Assembly: GCA_017608345.1 (NCBI GenBank)
Contig: JAFCGA010000001.1
Location: 171,036 to 235,035 of the forward strand
From: Candidatus Pacearchaeota archaeon
GTDB taxonomy: Archaea; Nanobdellota; Nanobdellia; UBA10117; JAFCGA01
DNA: 64,000 nucleotides
Direction of reading: 5' to 3'
Shown: piece after piece, positions 55,754 to 64,000 of the stretch
How the letters are laid out: each line of letters starts with the position of its first letter
Position numbering within the stretch: position 1 is the stretch's first letter
Made by a program: the position numbers and the translations under genes
The notes under the pieces: generated by a model
Databases searched by the model: none
Seen by the model: only the letters and a program-made list of their open reading frames with translations
What the model was told of the DNA's origin: nothing

Positions 55754-56347
55754 CTATTTCTTCTCTCTAAGAACCATCGGTCGTCTAGTCATTGTCTTCC
55801 AGAGAAATCTCACTCTGTAATTTAGTGCTCTTGATAAATTCTCTATCTTTCTAGCGTCCTTAGCCATTGCATTTGAACCGATGTCTAGCTTTTTTGCCCA
55901 TTCTCGAAGAGATTTAGCTTGAGCTACAGGTAGGCTCTTTGCTCTTAATCTAACTTTAGACACTTCTTTCTTAGATAATATACTTTCATTCCTTAATATA
56001 TTTGCTTCGTCCTTTAATCGATCTGAGAATTGTCGGGCCATTATTGCTTCCCTTTCGACCTGCTTAATAAATTCAGGATTCTCCCTTGAAGCAATATATA
56101 TTTTTGCTGCAGTAATCCGTGTTTTTAATTTTTTAATTGAACTTACTAAATTACGTGCGTATTTCTCGAATTCTTTAGCTTCAGAATGCTCCTTCCACAG
56201 TTTAGTCACTCGAATATGCAGATAATCTGGAAGAACTATGCTTTTTCCGCTGAAATCATACTCATATTCTCTACGGGTCTTTTTACTCTGCTTCGGAAGC
56301 GGAGCCAATACAGTTGGCAGTTTTACTGTAGCTGGAGTCGATGTCAT
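55754..56347 (-). CDS. Hypothetical basic coiled-coil protein
   Basis: 197-aa ORF; TATA-like gtttttatttaag upstream. Confidence 0.5.
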   Translation of the reverse strand: MTSTPATVKLPTVLAPLPKQSKKTRREYEYDFSGKSIVLPDYLHIRVTKLWKEHSEAKEFEKYARNLVSSIKKLKTRITAAKIYIASRENPEFIKQVEREAIMARQFSDRLKDEANILRNESILSKKEVSKVRLRAKSLPVAQAKSLREWAKKLDIGSNAMAKDARKIENLSRALNYRVRFLWKTMTRRPMVLREKK

Positions 56348-56390
56348 ACTCTTTGATTATACTTACTTAAATAAAAACCTTCCTAGTTTC

Positions 56391-56867
56391 TTAGTGAACC
56401 ATCAAAAAAACCGCTAGCGCCGCGATAAAAACCGTCTCAATAATCCCCCCAGTCTTAATAAAACCGCGAACTCGTCTCTTATGAAGCGGATGCAAGGGAG
56501 CTATTCCTTGCACAGTAAAGGAATCAGCTAGCAAATGTGAGCCGTATCCAATCAATAGTCCCATCAATAGCAAGTTAGGAATTGTAAAATATTTAGAGAT
56601 AATAAAATGAGCAACTAAAAATATTCCTAGCGGAATCCAAATCGAGTGAAATATCCCTCGATGCTTATCAATAGCTCTCGCAAACCCACTCATTACTTTG
56701 TGCTTATGGCTCATCATACTTTCCGCTTGATCAATATCTGGAAGAAGAGCTCCAAAGATGAGCGTTCCTGCGAATCCTAGCTTCAATAGCCAATTGCCCG
56801 CATCGAAATAGTCAAAATACAACGTGCCCAGAACGATTGCGAATAGAATATGAGTATGACCTTTCAT
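56391..56867 (-). CDS. Membrane-bound metal-dependent hydrolase, YdjM/DUF457 family
   Basis: 158 aa; MKGHTH.., LLPDIDQ, HRGIFHS, GYGSHLLADSFT motifs. Confidence 0.75.
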   Translation of the reverse strand: MKGHTHILFAIVLGTLYFDYFDAGNWLLKLGFAGTLIFGALLPDIDQAESMMSHKHKVMSGFARAIDKHRGIFHSIWIPLGIFLVAHFIISKYFTIPNLLLMGLLIGYGSHLLADSFTVQGIAPLHPLHKRRVRGFIKTGGIIETVFIAALAVFLMVH

Positions 56868-56897
56868 AGAATAGAATCAACTCCGAGATATAAAAGC

Positions 56898-57347
56898 TTA
56901 TTTACGTATGACTTTTTTAGGTCCACGAATTCTTGGTTGAATGCTAAAGCCGGTAACTCTAAATCTACCGTCTCTAGAATCTGGCGGTGCGCTGGTAATT
57001 AATAAAGTATAAGATACGAATTCGTCATTAACTCTATAGGTTCCTTCCAAATAGCTCAATCCGTTGCCATTAACAACAAATGAAGTAGTTAATAATTCAT
57101 AACCCTTTACTCGCAAATTATCTTTTCGATAAATCAATTCAGTAGTACTATCTGCTCGCCTAGCTAATAATTCGAGATTTACTGTATCTTGTGCAGCTAG
57201 CACTTTACTCTCCGGCGCTAGCACTCCACTTCCGAAAGCGTTGTCTATTCGAACCATTAAGACATCTTCCTCCAAGGTATGATTAGAACTAAGAAATTCT
57301 TCTATTAAATCCTTATTTAGAAGGTTCTTTCGATATAAATGCGCCAT
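56898..57347 (-). CDS. Hypothetical protein
   Basis: 149-aa ORF; TATA-like ggtttaaagaa 20-27 nt upstream with the recurrent motif between TATA and ATG. Confidence 0.5.
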   Translation of the reverse strand: MAHLYRKNLLNKDLIEEFLSSNHTLEEDVLMVRIDNAFGSGVLAPESKVLAAQDTVNLELLARRADSTTELIYRKDNLRVKGYELLTTSFVVNGNGLSYLEGTYRVNDEFVSYTLLITSAPPDSRDGRFRVTGFSIQPRIRGPKKVIRK

Positions 57348-57348
57348 A

Positions 57349-57380
57349 AATAGCGATTCTAAGCAAATTCTTTAAACCTT
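57349..57380 (-). promoter_or_regulatory. TATA-like box plus recurrent motif (reverse orientation on the plus strand)
   Basis: Plus strand aatagcgattctaag 57349-57363 (minus: cttagaatcgctatt directly before the ATG 57347), TATA-like ttctttaaacc 57368-57378. Confidence 0.4.
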
Positions 57381-57473
57381 TCTCTATTGTTCTCCGCTCA
57401 GATAACTTATAAAAACCACCAATCAATAATGACGCGAGATTTCTAACAGATCAGAAATCTTCGTACCCATAAT

Positions 57474-57977
57474 TTACGCGAATACCCGCTCAGCAGTTCT
57501 CGTTTTTGTTCGTTCGTTATATTCTTCCAGAGTCATCGGCAGAGGTCCTGCAAGAACTACTGTTTCTGGAACCCAGCCAAGCCGAACGTCTAGCTCGCCA
57601 TGAATAGACCCTTCGTAAAGCACATCGTACCAATATTCACCATTATACTTCTCGACATTCCGAACGGTTACGTGCGTACCTGGACAGCCACGCAGATTTA
57701 TTAAATAATGTCCGCCAGCGCCTTCGCCACCCACTTTCGACCAGAGTTTTATGCTCTTAGTTACGCATTCATTCTTTATCATTCCACTAACATTAGCTCT
57801 TGGGAAACATTTTTGCTCACCATCACATGCGGCGTAATCGAATTTACGTAATGAATTCAAATTGTTTTGCGGAAAGAAATCGCAACCATCTTGGCAAACA
57901 TTAAGTAAAATATACGTGAAAGTAGCCGCTATAATTACAGCTAAAATAAGATAACTAAGCATCCAACTTTTTCGCAT
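57474..57977 (-). CDS. Membrane-anchored protein with Cys-rich and SH3b-like regions
   Basis: 167 aa; N-terminal TM helix; C-terminal ..THVTVRNVEKYNGEYWYDVLYEGSIHGELDVRLGWVPE.. resembles a bacterial SH3-like fold (weak). Confidence 0.45.
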   Translation of the reverse strand: MRKSWMLSYLILAVIIAATFTYILLNVCQDGCDFFPQNNLNSLRKFDYAACDGEQKCFPRANVSGMIKNECVTKSIKLWSKVGGEGAGGHYLINLRGCPGTHVTVRNVEKYNGEYWYDVLYEGSIHGELDVRLGWVPETVVLAGPLPMTLEEYNERTKTRTAERVFA

Positions 57978-58008
57978 ACCTACTGCTCAGAGGCCTAAAC
58001 TTAAAAAT

Positions 58009-58713
58009 TTATCTTATTTGAACTTCTTCTACATACTGCTGCGCTATTTTCTCAAATTTAAGAAGTTCTTCCTCGCTGAAGGGCTCAATATTCATAAATT
58101 TCACATCAAGAGTATTGTTAGGAGCAAAGCTCTGGATAAAATACCGCTTAGCTCCCTTAATCTGTTCACCAATAGAAGCGACTTCCTCGGAAGTGTGGAT
58201 CGTCGGGATTACAGTAGTTCTGAATTCATAGTCGACGCCAGACTCCATTATCAGCTTAATACTCTCGCGAATATTATCAACGATTACCTCTGCTCGAACT
58301 ACATCTGAATAGTTCTCAAAAGAAGCTTTTACATCCATAGACCAGTAATCCACTAACTTGCGGGTATTGAGTTCAGAGATAAAGTCTGGGACAGAACCAT
58401 TAGTATCTACTTTTGTTATAAACCCCTCTCGCTTCAATGCGCTAAGAATTTCAATTACTTTATCTTTATGAATCGCTGGCTCGCCACCAGTAATCTCAAC
58501 AGCGTCTATCCATTTCTTGCGAGATTTAAGGTGAGTCAGGACCTTGGAAAAAGGTATTTGAGGTAGAGAAGCAGAATTAAGAACCAAATCTTTATTATGA
58601 CAAAATCCGCATCTGAAGTTACATCCAGCTAAGAAAATAATCGCAGTTACTTTACCCGGCCATTCATTCAAAGAAGACGGTTCATATCCATCAACAAGGA
58701 GCTCCGTTCCCAT
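58009..58713 (-). CDS. nrdG: Anaerobic ribonucleoside-triphosphate reductase activating protein
   Basis: 234 aa; radical SAM FLAGCNFRCGFCHN, ITGGEP; directly downstream of nrdD. Confidence 0.9.
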   Translation of the reverse strand: MGTELLVDGYEPSSLNEWPGKVTAIIFLAGCNFRCGFCHNKDLVLNSASLPQIPFSKVLTHLKSRKKWIDAVEITGGEPAIHKDKVIEILSALKREGFITKVDTNGSVPDFISELNTRKLVDYWSMDVKASFENYSDVVRAEVIVDNIRESIKLIMESGVDYEFRTTVIPTIHTSEEVASIGEQIKGAKRYFIQSFAPNNTLDVKFMNIEPFSEEELLKFEKIAQQYVEEVQIR

Positions 58714-58936
58714 TACTAAATCCTGTCAATTTCTCCTTATCTGGCTCGTCGCCTGTTCTCTCATTTGGGAAGCTATGTGCAAGAGATTTTGCTTCTTTAA
58801 ACTCCACTCTGTGCTCGAACTCCTCTTGCTTCCCCGGATGCCACTGTCGCGTTGGGCGATAGTAACCAACGATTCTACTGAACACTTCACATTCTTTACC
58901 ACAAACATTTACTTTCGATTCGTTTGATTCTGTCAT
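58691..58936 (-). CDS. Stand-alone glycyl-radical domain of anaerobic RNR (NrdD C-terminal module)
   Basis: 81 aa; VCGKECEVFSRIVGYYRPTRQWHPGKQEEFEHR is the NrdD C-terminal Zn-site/glycyl-radical motif (RxxGY). Its ATG overlaps the nrdD stop (ATGA), immediately after an A7 run. Confidence 0.8.
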   Translation of the reverse strand: MTESNESKVNVCGKECEVFSRIVGYYRPTRQWHPGKQEEFEHRVEFKEAKSLAHSFPNERTGDEPDKEKLTGFSNGNGAPC

Positions 58937-61422
58937 TTTTTTACCTCTATTGGCGCTAGCTTAGCAGCCTCAGGAGCATGATGTGGACAAGTAAAGTGCC
59001 GTCCAGAAACATATCCATGATCAGGACAGATGCTAAAAGTCGGCGTGATTGAGAAGTAAGGTATTTTTGTATTGTAAGCTATTTTCTTGACGAGTGCTCT
59101 GCAAGATTCCCAGCTGCTCAGCTGTTCACCCAGGAAAGTATGGAAAATCGTACCGCCAGTATATAAATGTTGGATATCATTTTGATGCATCAAGGCGGAT
59201 ATCGCATCATCAGTATAATCTACGGATAATTGTGTTGAATTAGTTAAAAATGGCTGATTCGTACCCGAAGTGAATATTTTATCGCCATACAACTTCTTAT
59301 CTGCCTTAGCAAGTCGATAAGAGCAACCTTCAGCAGGAGTAGCTTCGAGATTATATAGATTGCCGGTATCTTGCTGGAACTTAATCAAGCGGTCGCGCAT
59401 AAAGTTGAGGACTTCAATCATAAACTCCTTGCCCTCCGGTGCCTCGATTCCTTTTCCCAAGAAATTAACACAGCACTCATGCCCGCCAACTATTCCAACA
59501 GTTGAAAAGTGATTATTAAAATGACCCAAGTAGCGCTTTGTAAAGGGCATTAATCCATTAGCCAGATTATTATCCACTATCTTACGCTTTATCTCTAGAG
59601 AATCTTTAGCTAGCGCCATATAATAGCCTAGCTTTTTGTAGAACGCATCTTTATCCCCGCGACATTCATAGCCCAACCGGTTAAGGTTTATGGTAACCAC
59701 TCCTAATGAACCAGTATTATCTCCCATAGCAAATATATGCCCTGGTCGTCGGGTTAATTGCAACATATCTATATTCAATCTACAGCACATCGCTCGAATC
59801 GACCTTGGATCAAGATCAGAACCAATATAATTTTGAAAGTATGGTGAGCCATACTTCGCAGCCAGCTTGAAGAGGATGCGTGCATTCTCAGAATCCCACT
59901 CAAAGTCCTTAGTTAAATTATATGTCGGGATGGGATACGCAAAAATTCTACCCTTGGCGTCTCCAGCAAGCATCTCATCTAAGAAAGCTTTGTTTACCAT
60001 ATCCATTTCCTTCTGGCACTCGCCATATGTGAAGTCCATCTCTTTTCCGCCAACAATAGCCTTTTGATTATACAAATCCTGCGGACATACCCAATCGAAA
60101 GTTAGATTTGAGAATGGAAATTGTCCTGCCCAGCGGTTAGGAATATTAAGATGGTAAATTAGACGCTGCATATTTTGTCTAACCGTTTTATAGTCAAGAT
60201 TATCCATCTTAACGAAGGGAGCTAGCAAAGTATCCACTGAAGAGAATGCCTGCGCTCCCGCAAATTCCATCTGCAAGCAGCCAATATAGTTAACCATATG
60301 AGCAATTGCTACGTCTAGGTGTTTTGCAGGTCGAGAATCAGACTTATTTGGAATCCCCCCGAATCCCCATAGCAGCAGATTCTTAAGAGACCATCCTGAG
60401 CAATAGCCAATAACTGCATTATTAAGATCATGAATATGAAAGTATCCGCCTCGATGAGCTTCCTCTATTTCGGGGGAATATATTTCTGTCAGAGAATAAT
60501 TAGCAATTATCTTGCCAGCTATATGCAAAAGTAAACCAGAGAAAGAGTATTGAAAGCTAGCATTCTCCTTTATCCGCCAATGCTCTTTATGCAAATACTC
60601 CTGCATAGTATTAGTCACATCTACTAGCATCGACCGAGTTTGCTGCATTTTCTTCGTCCGATGGCGCTGTAAGATGAATTTCTTAGCGATATTCGAATAT
60701 CCATTATCCATGAGAACTTTCTCTATAGAATCCATAATCTCTTCTGTTGTGATTATAGTTGGGGATTCGAATTGGTTGTTCAACAAGTTAACTACATCTT
60801 CCGATAACTGATTAGCTAATAGCGAGCACTTAGCATCATCTTCTTCGCCGATTGCTTTTGCTGCGTGAAAAACAGAATCTGCGATTTGCTGCTGATCGAA
60901 TAGAGCAATAATGCCTTTACGCGTTCGAATTTGAAATATTTTAGAGGGGGTTTCAGGTGGCTTGACTGTTTTAAGCTTGCGTATCTCGCGTTCAAATGCT
61001 GAGAATGTTTTGAATCCCTTAAATACAGATACAAATCGAAGATAAGCTACCTTATTTAATCCCTTTAATTCGCCTAGAACTAATTCTCCAATCATGGAGC
61101 TAGGAATCTCAGTTGATTCCATTAATCTCAATTTTTTCTCGATCTTACTAACTACCGCATCGATCTTCTCTTCAGAGACTGGCTGTTTGTTGCAGGCTTT
61201 CTGTATGCTTAATTTTAGCTTATCTCGATTGAAGTGCTCCTTCTGATCATCTGATTTTAAGACCGTTAAATCAATTAATTCAATCCGCTCATAAGTTGTA
61301 AACCGCTTGCCGCATGCTTCACATTCCCGTCTTCGGCGAGTAGTATCGTAATTTCCAGTTTCTCGAGTATCTAGTACTTTTATTCTATCTGATAAACAAT
61401 AAGGACACTTAATGGTACACAC
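58933..61422 (-). CDS. nrdD: NrdR-like module fused to the anaerobic ribonucleoside-triphosphate reductase catalytic subunit (lacking the glycyl-radical tail)
   Basis: 829 aa. Aa 1 to about 150 form a full NrdR-like Zn ribbon (CPYC..RRRRECEACGKRFTTYE) plus ATP-cone; then a second ATP-cone and the class III RNR core; ends ..PTFSICPDHGY..CPHH.. before the Gly-radical motif. Confidence 0.88.
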   Translation of the reverse strand: MCTIKCPYCLSDRIKVLDTRETGNYDTTRRRRECEACGKRFTTYERIELIDLTVLKSDDQKEHFNRDKLKLSIQKACNKQPVSEEKIDAVVSKIEKKLRLMESTEIPSSMIGELVLGELKGLNKVAYLRFVSVFKGFKTFSAFEREIRKLKTVKPPETPSKIFQIRTRKGIIALFDQQQIADSVFHAAKAIGEEDDAKCSLLANQLSEDVVNLLNNQFESPTIITTEEIMDSIEKVLMDNGYSNIAKKFILQRHRTKKMQQTRSMLVDVTNTMQEYLHKEHWRIKENASFQYSFSGLLLHIAGKIIANYSLTEIYSPEIEEAHRGGYFHIHDLNNAVIGYCSGWSLKNLLLWGFGGIPNKSDSRPAKHLDVAIAHMVNYIGCLQMEFAGAQAFSSVDTLLAPFVKMDNLDYKTVRQNMQRLIYHLNIPNRWAGQFPFSNLTFDWVCPQDLYNQKAIVGGKEMDFTYGECQKEMDMVNKAFLDEMLAGDAKGRIFAYPIPTYNLTKDFEWDSENARILFKLAAKYGSPYFQNYIGSDLDPRSIRAMCCRLNIDMLQLTRRPGHIFAMGDNTGSLGVVTINLNRLGYECRGDKDAFYKKLGYYMALAKDSLEIKRKIVDNNLANGLMPFTKRYLGHFNNHFSTVGIVGGHECCVNFLGKGIEAPEGKEFMIEVLNFMRDRLIKFQQDTGNLYNLEATPAEGCSYRLAKADKKLYGDKIFTSGTNQPFLTNSTQLSVDYTDDAISALMHQNDIQHLYTGGTIFHTFLGEQLSSWESCRALVKKIAYNTKIPYFSITPTFSICPDHGYVSGRHFTCPHHAPEAAKLAPIEVKK

Positions 61423-61477
61423 CTCTGAGAGCGTTTTAGCTACGCTGCAGTAATTTTGTGCAACTAACGATTAGTAT

Positions 61478-61524
61478 ACACCGCATATAGTAGGTAAAGA
61501 CGTTAGAGTATATAATAATTGTGT
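61478..61524 (-). promoter_or_regulatory. Candidate tandem NrdR-box-like half-palindromes upstream of nrdR-nrdD
   Basis: Minus strand: ACACAATTATTATATA (61524-61509) and CTACTATATGCGGTGT (61493-61478), start-to-start 31 bp, just downstream of TATA-like cttataatcc. Each matches about half of the remembered acaCwAtATaTwGtgt consensus. Confidence 0.3.
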
Positions 61525-61564
61525 AAGGATTATAAGAAAGTAAAAAATAAGAACTACTAGCTAA

Positions 61565-62068
61565 TTACTCTGTTGGTTGCGCTGCGGCTGCCTCAGTGGT
61601 TGATTCAGCAGCGGGTTCAGTAGTTTTTTCAGGGGTTGGTTCAGCTACAGGTTCTGCAGCTACCGTCTCACTAGGAGCTTCAGCTACTTGTTCTGGCTCA
61701 GCCGGAGTCGGTGCTACTGTTGCAGCTGGTTCTACGGGTTTCGCAGGTGCTGCTGGCGCGGGTGCTGGCTCATTTGCTGCTGGCTCTGAAATGGCTGATA
61801 AACTAATATCAATAGTAGATACGCGGACGGTTCGACCTTCCTTGCTTTGGAATTCTTCTGAACCAATCAGAATGTCTGTTACGTCAACTTGATTTCTAAG
61901 AAAACGGCTCTTTACAACTTCTGCTACGTCAACTGCTCGAGAGATGAACTTACCTCTTGATCTAACTGTTACTTTTCCTGCACCTTTTGTGGTAAACTGC
62001 ATTACGACTGCAGTTACGTAGTTCATAAATGGCTTACCGCCTACAAAAATTACGTGATTCTCTGTCAT
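61565..62068 (-). CDS. albA: Alba DNA/RNA-binding protein with long Pro/Ala/Glu-rich C-terminal extension
   Basis: Aa 1 to about 91 form the Alba fold (VIFVGGKPFMNYVTAVVMQF..VTVRSRGKFISRAVDVAEV..VSTIDISL); about 75-aa tail PAPAPAAPAKPVEPAATVAPTPAEPE.. Confidence 0.85.
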   Translation of the reverse strand: MTENHVIFVGGKPFMNYVTAVVMQFTTKGAGKVTVRSRGKFISRAVDVAEVVKSRFLRNQVDVTDILIGSEEFQSKEGRTVRVSTIDISLSAISEPAANEPAPAPAAPAKPVEPAATVAPTPAEPEQVAEAPSETVAAEPVAEPTPEKTTEPAAESTTEAAAAQPTE

Positions 62069-62097
62069 TTTAGTTACCCCTCAATTCGCCAACAACT

Positions 62098-62130
62098 AAT
62101 AGCGAATTTCTAATTCGTGCAATATTAAGC
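62098..62130 (-). promoter_or_regulatory. Recurrent motif (variant) between TATA-like box and the alba start
   Basis: Plus strand aatagcgaatttctaat 62098-62114 (minus: attagaaattcgctatt), TATA-like aatattaagc 62121-62130; SD-like gagggg before the ATG. Confidence 0.35.
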
Positions 62131-62217
62131 ACCAATGTAATTAAAGACTCTGAGTTTTCACTTTTTTCGTAATGCTACACGAAACTTTGCGGTTTCGCTA
62201 GGCATTCAAAAAAAGCA

Positions 62218-62406
62218 TTACACCGCCATTTTTATCTTTTTTGTAATATATCCAGCAATCTGATTACGTAGCTTCTTTGTGCTAACATCTGTAAACTCAG
62301 CTACCTTTATCTTATTATTATTGAAATCCTTGGTGAAGCTACTCTTATACAATTTAATTAAATCTACTGCATTTCGCTTCACTAATTTTGTCCTAATTCG
62401 TCCCAT
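62218..62406 (-). CDS. rps17e: 30S ribosomal protein S17e
   Basis: 62 aa; MGRIRTKLVKR..FTKDFNNNK..KKLRNQIAGYITKK typical S17e; TATA-like cgtttttaaac about 30 nt upstream. Confidence 0.9.
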   Translation of the reverse strand: MGRIRTKLVKRNAVDLIKLYKSSFTKDFNNNKIKVAEFTDVSTKKLRNQIAGYITKKIKMAV

Positions 62407-62504
62407 GGTATCAATATTGACTAAGAAGTAGAGTTTAAAAACGTTTCGAGGTTGCGGAATATTGATTTTAAGAAATAACTAAAAAAAGAAAAGAAGTCGG
62501 GAGC

Positions 62505-63101
62505 TTAAGGTTGGCAAGCTCCGTCGTGACAGCCGTTAGGGCAGTCTATTGTTAAGTCTACGCGTTTTCCATCTGCATTGCATATCCATTCTTGTACGGT
62601 GTCACCATCTAAACACCAGTCTTCCTTAGCATCACCAGTGTTATCATACGTAAAGCTTACGTATCCTTTTTGATAATAGTCTCGTCCGTTTGGATATCTA
62701 TTGCTTATGTCTGAGTCGAAACAGCCAGAAGGTAGGCAAGCTCCATCTTCGCATTCGTATTCGCAGTCGTGGTGTATTCTTTTTAAGGTGCCATCTAAGC
62801 AGAAGTTCTCTAATAAGGTCTTCTCGCCAATGCATCTGTCTTTGAAGTTGTCTACTCCAGAATCAACGCCATCCATAGTTGCTATAACGTAACCCGAAGT
62901 AAAGTAATCTTTTCCGCCGTCAGAATCGAAGCATTCGCCTCGCGTGCTATAACCCTGAACACTCGGAGTATTTCCAGTGAACAGCGGTACAGCTGCAAAA
63001 ATCGCCATCACAAAAATCGCTGCAATAATAACATATTTGGTCTTATCGTCGGTTTTCATACTATTAATTAGCTGTACGGGTATATATAATTTCGTAATCA
63101 C
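62505..63101 (-). CDS. Membrane-anchored extracellular Cys-rich protein with internal duplication
   Basis: 198 aa; TM helix, then two repeats of C-F-D-S-D..DY(F/Y)..GYV....C..G....(E/Q)..C......C..(E/G)C.DGAC.P. Confidence 0.5.
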   Translation of the reverse strand: MITKLYIPVQLINSMKTDDKTKYVIIAAIFVMAIFAAVPLFTGNTPSVQGYSTRGECFDSDGGKDYFTSGYVIATMDGVDSGVDNFKDRCIGEKTLLENFCLDGTLKRIHHDCEYECEDGACLPSGCFDSDISNRYPNGRDYYQKGYVSFTYDNTGDAKEDWCLDGDTVQEWICNADGKRVDLTIDCPNGCHDGACQP

Positions 63102-64000
63102 TTGTTAGAAATAATTTCTATAACGTCACCGTTGCTTAATTTATGCTCTTTTCCAACAGTCCTTTTGGTTTTTACGTCGATAGCTCGGATGAATCCTTTA
63201 CCAAAGTCTGTGTGGAGCCGAAATGCGAAGTCTAGTGCTGTGGAGCCGGATTCCATTAAAAACGCATCAGGTAGAGTTCTTCCTTGCGAGTCTTCTAGTT
63301 TATGGACTCCGCCGGGGAAGATAACTATATATTTCATTATGTCAAAAGCTGCTGTGTTGAGGCAAGCTTGAACTCCAGTTGATTTGTACTTTTCTAGAAT
63401 TGACTTGTTGATGAACTTGAGAGCTGCTGTTTGTTTTTCTGAAAGTTTTTCTGGTTGGAGGACTTTTACGTCTTTGTCTCCAGGAATATACTTGATTAAT
63501 CCTTTTTTTGCAGCTTCTTTCAAGGCTAGCTCTGATTCTGCTGAGCAAGGGACGATAATGTAGTTTTTGAATTGCTGCTTCAGCTTCTTTAGATTAGCTT
63601 CTGCAGTAGGAATGTCAGCTTTATTAGCGGCGATGATTATTTGTTTTGAGGCTTTTCTCAGTTCTGAAGCGAATTTGGCTATTTCCGGCTCTTTCCATTC
63701 TGTTGGCTTTTTTGGATCGGAGTTCTTTAGAGCTTGCTTGACCATTCCAAGGGAGATCTTCAGGCCGGAGAACTGATCGGCAATTGCCTTATCAAATGGC
63801 TTGCTTTCTGCTTTTAGCTTAGTGATAAATCTGCGCCAGTTTTTATTGAGAATTCCAGTGTACCAAGCGTCTATTTCAGTCTCTAAAAATTTGATGTCTT
63901 CTGCGGGATCATAAGAGCCGGCCTTAACTGGCTCGCCCTTCTCGTTAGTTGAGCCGGAGGCGTCAATGACGTGGATTAGCACGTCCGCTGCACTTAAGTC
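63098..64000 (-). CDS. Ygr210/YchF-like GTPase with C-terminal TGS domain (N-terminus outside window)
   Basis: Frame open to the window edge; LIHVIDASGSTNEKGEPV..YDP..DIKFLE pattern of Ygr210-type OBG-HflX GTPases; C-terminal TGS-like ..GDVIEIISNK. Confidence 0.75.
   Translation of the reverse strand, partial: DLSAADVLIHVIDASGSTNEKGEPVKAGSYDPAEDIKFLETEIDAWYTGILNKNWRRFITKLKAESKPFDKAIADQFSGLKISLGMVKQALKNSDPKKPTEWKEPEIAKFASELRKASKQIIIAANKADIPTAEANLKKLKQQFKNYIIVPCSAESELALKEAAKKGLIKYIPGDKDVKVLQPEKLSEKQTAALKFINKSILEKYKSTGVQACLNTAAFDIMKYIVIFPGGVHKLEDSQGRTLPDAFLMESGSTALDFAFRLHTDFGKGFIRAIDVKTKRTVGKEHKLSNGDVIEIISNK

Noticed and set aside
58726-58908. 60-aa ORF in an alternative frame of the glycyl-radical ORF
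   Set aside because: The 58691-58936 frame contains the diagnostic RIVGYY motif.
58933-61422. Intein or intron within nrdD as the cause of the split
   Set aside because: No intein motifs or extra sequence at the junction. The two frames abut at an ATGA overlap on a homopolymer.
61596-61892. 98-aa plus-strand ORF antisense to the alba tail
   Set aside because: An artefact of the GC-rich Pro/Ala/Glu-coding segment. The Alba frame is continuous with a canonical Alba fold.

Overview
64-kb segment of a low-GC archaeal chromosome, probably a small-genome DPANN-type archaeon. That is inferred from split rpoA1/rpoA2, the L30e-NusA order, aEF-2, L15e, S17e, Alba and Rpp30, from TATA-like boxes 18-30 nt upstream of mostly leaderless ATGs, and from many small lineage-specific ORFs. 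Recognisable content: rpoB(3' end)-rpoA1-rpoA2-rpl30e-nusA, HicAB, a beta-CASP RNase, hisS next to tRNA-His, aEF-2, an Rpe-RpiB fusion and a secreted DNase I-like nuclease. There are two radical SAM genes, one inside a RiPP-like cassette with a Cys-rich peptide, a gluzincin peptidase and a PqqD-like protein. A nucleic-acid-targeting island holds HEPN-MNT, RNase HI, an RNase HIII-like/PIN fusion, a type I R-M system with frameshifted hsdS, a small RHH ORF and a DUF2779 nuclease. In the anaerobic RNR operon an NrdR module is fused to NrdD and the glycyl-radical domain is a separate ORF. Non-coding signals: a two-copy structured RNA element with some covariation, a three-copy mosaic intergenic repeat, and a TATA-adjacent motif at eight sites. 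Roughly 40 ORFs belong to no family I can recognise. All homology statements come from motif recognition by eye, not database searches. No CRISPR array, rRNA gene or recognisable transposase/integrase was seen.
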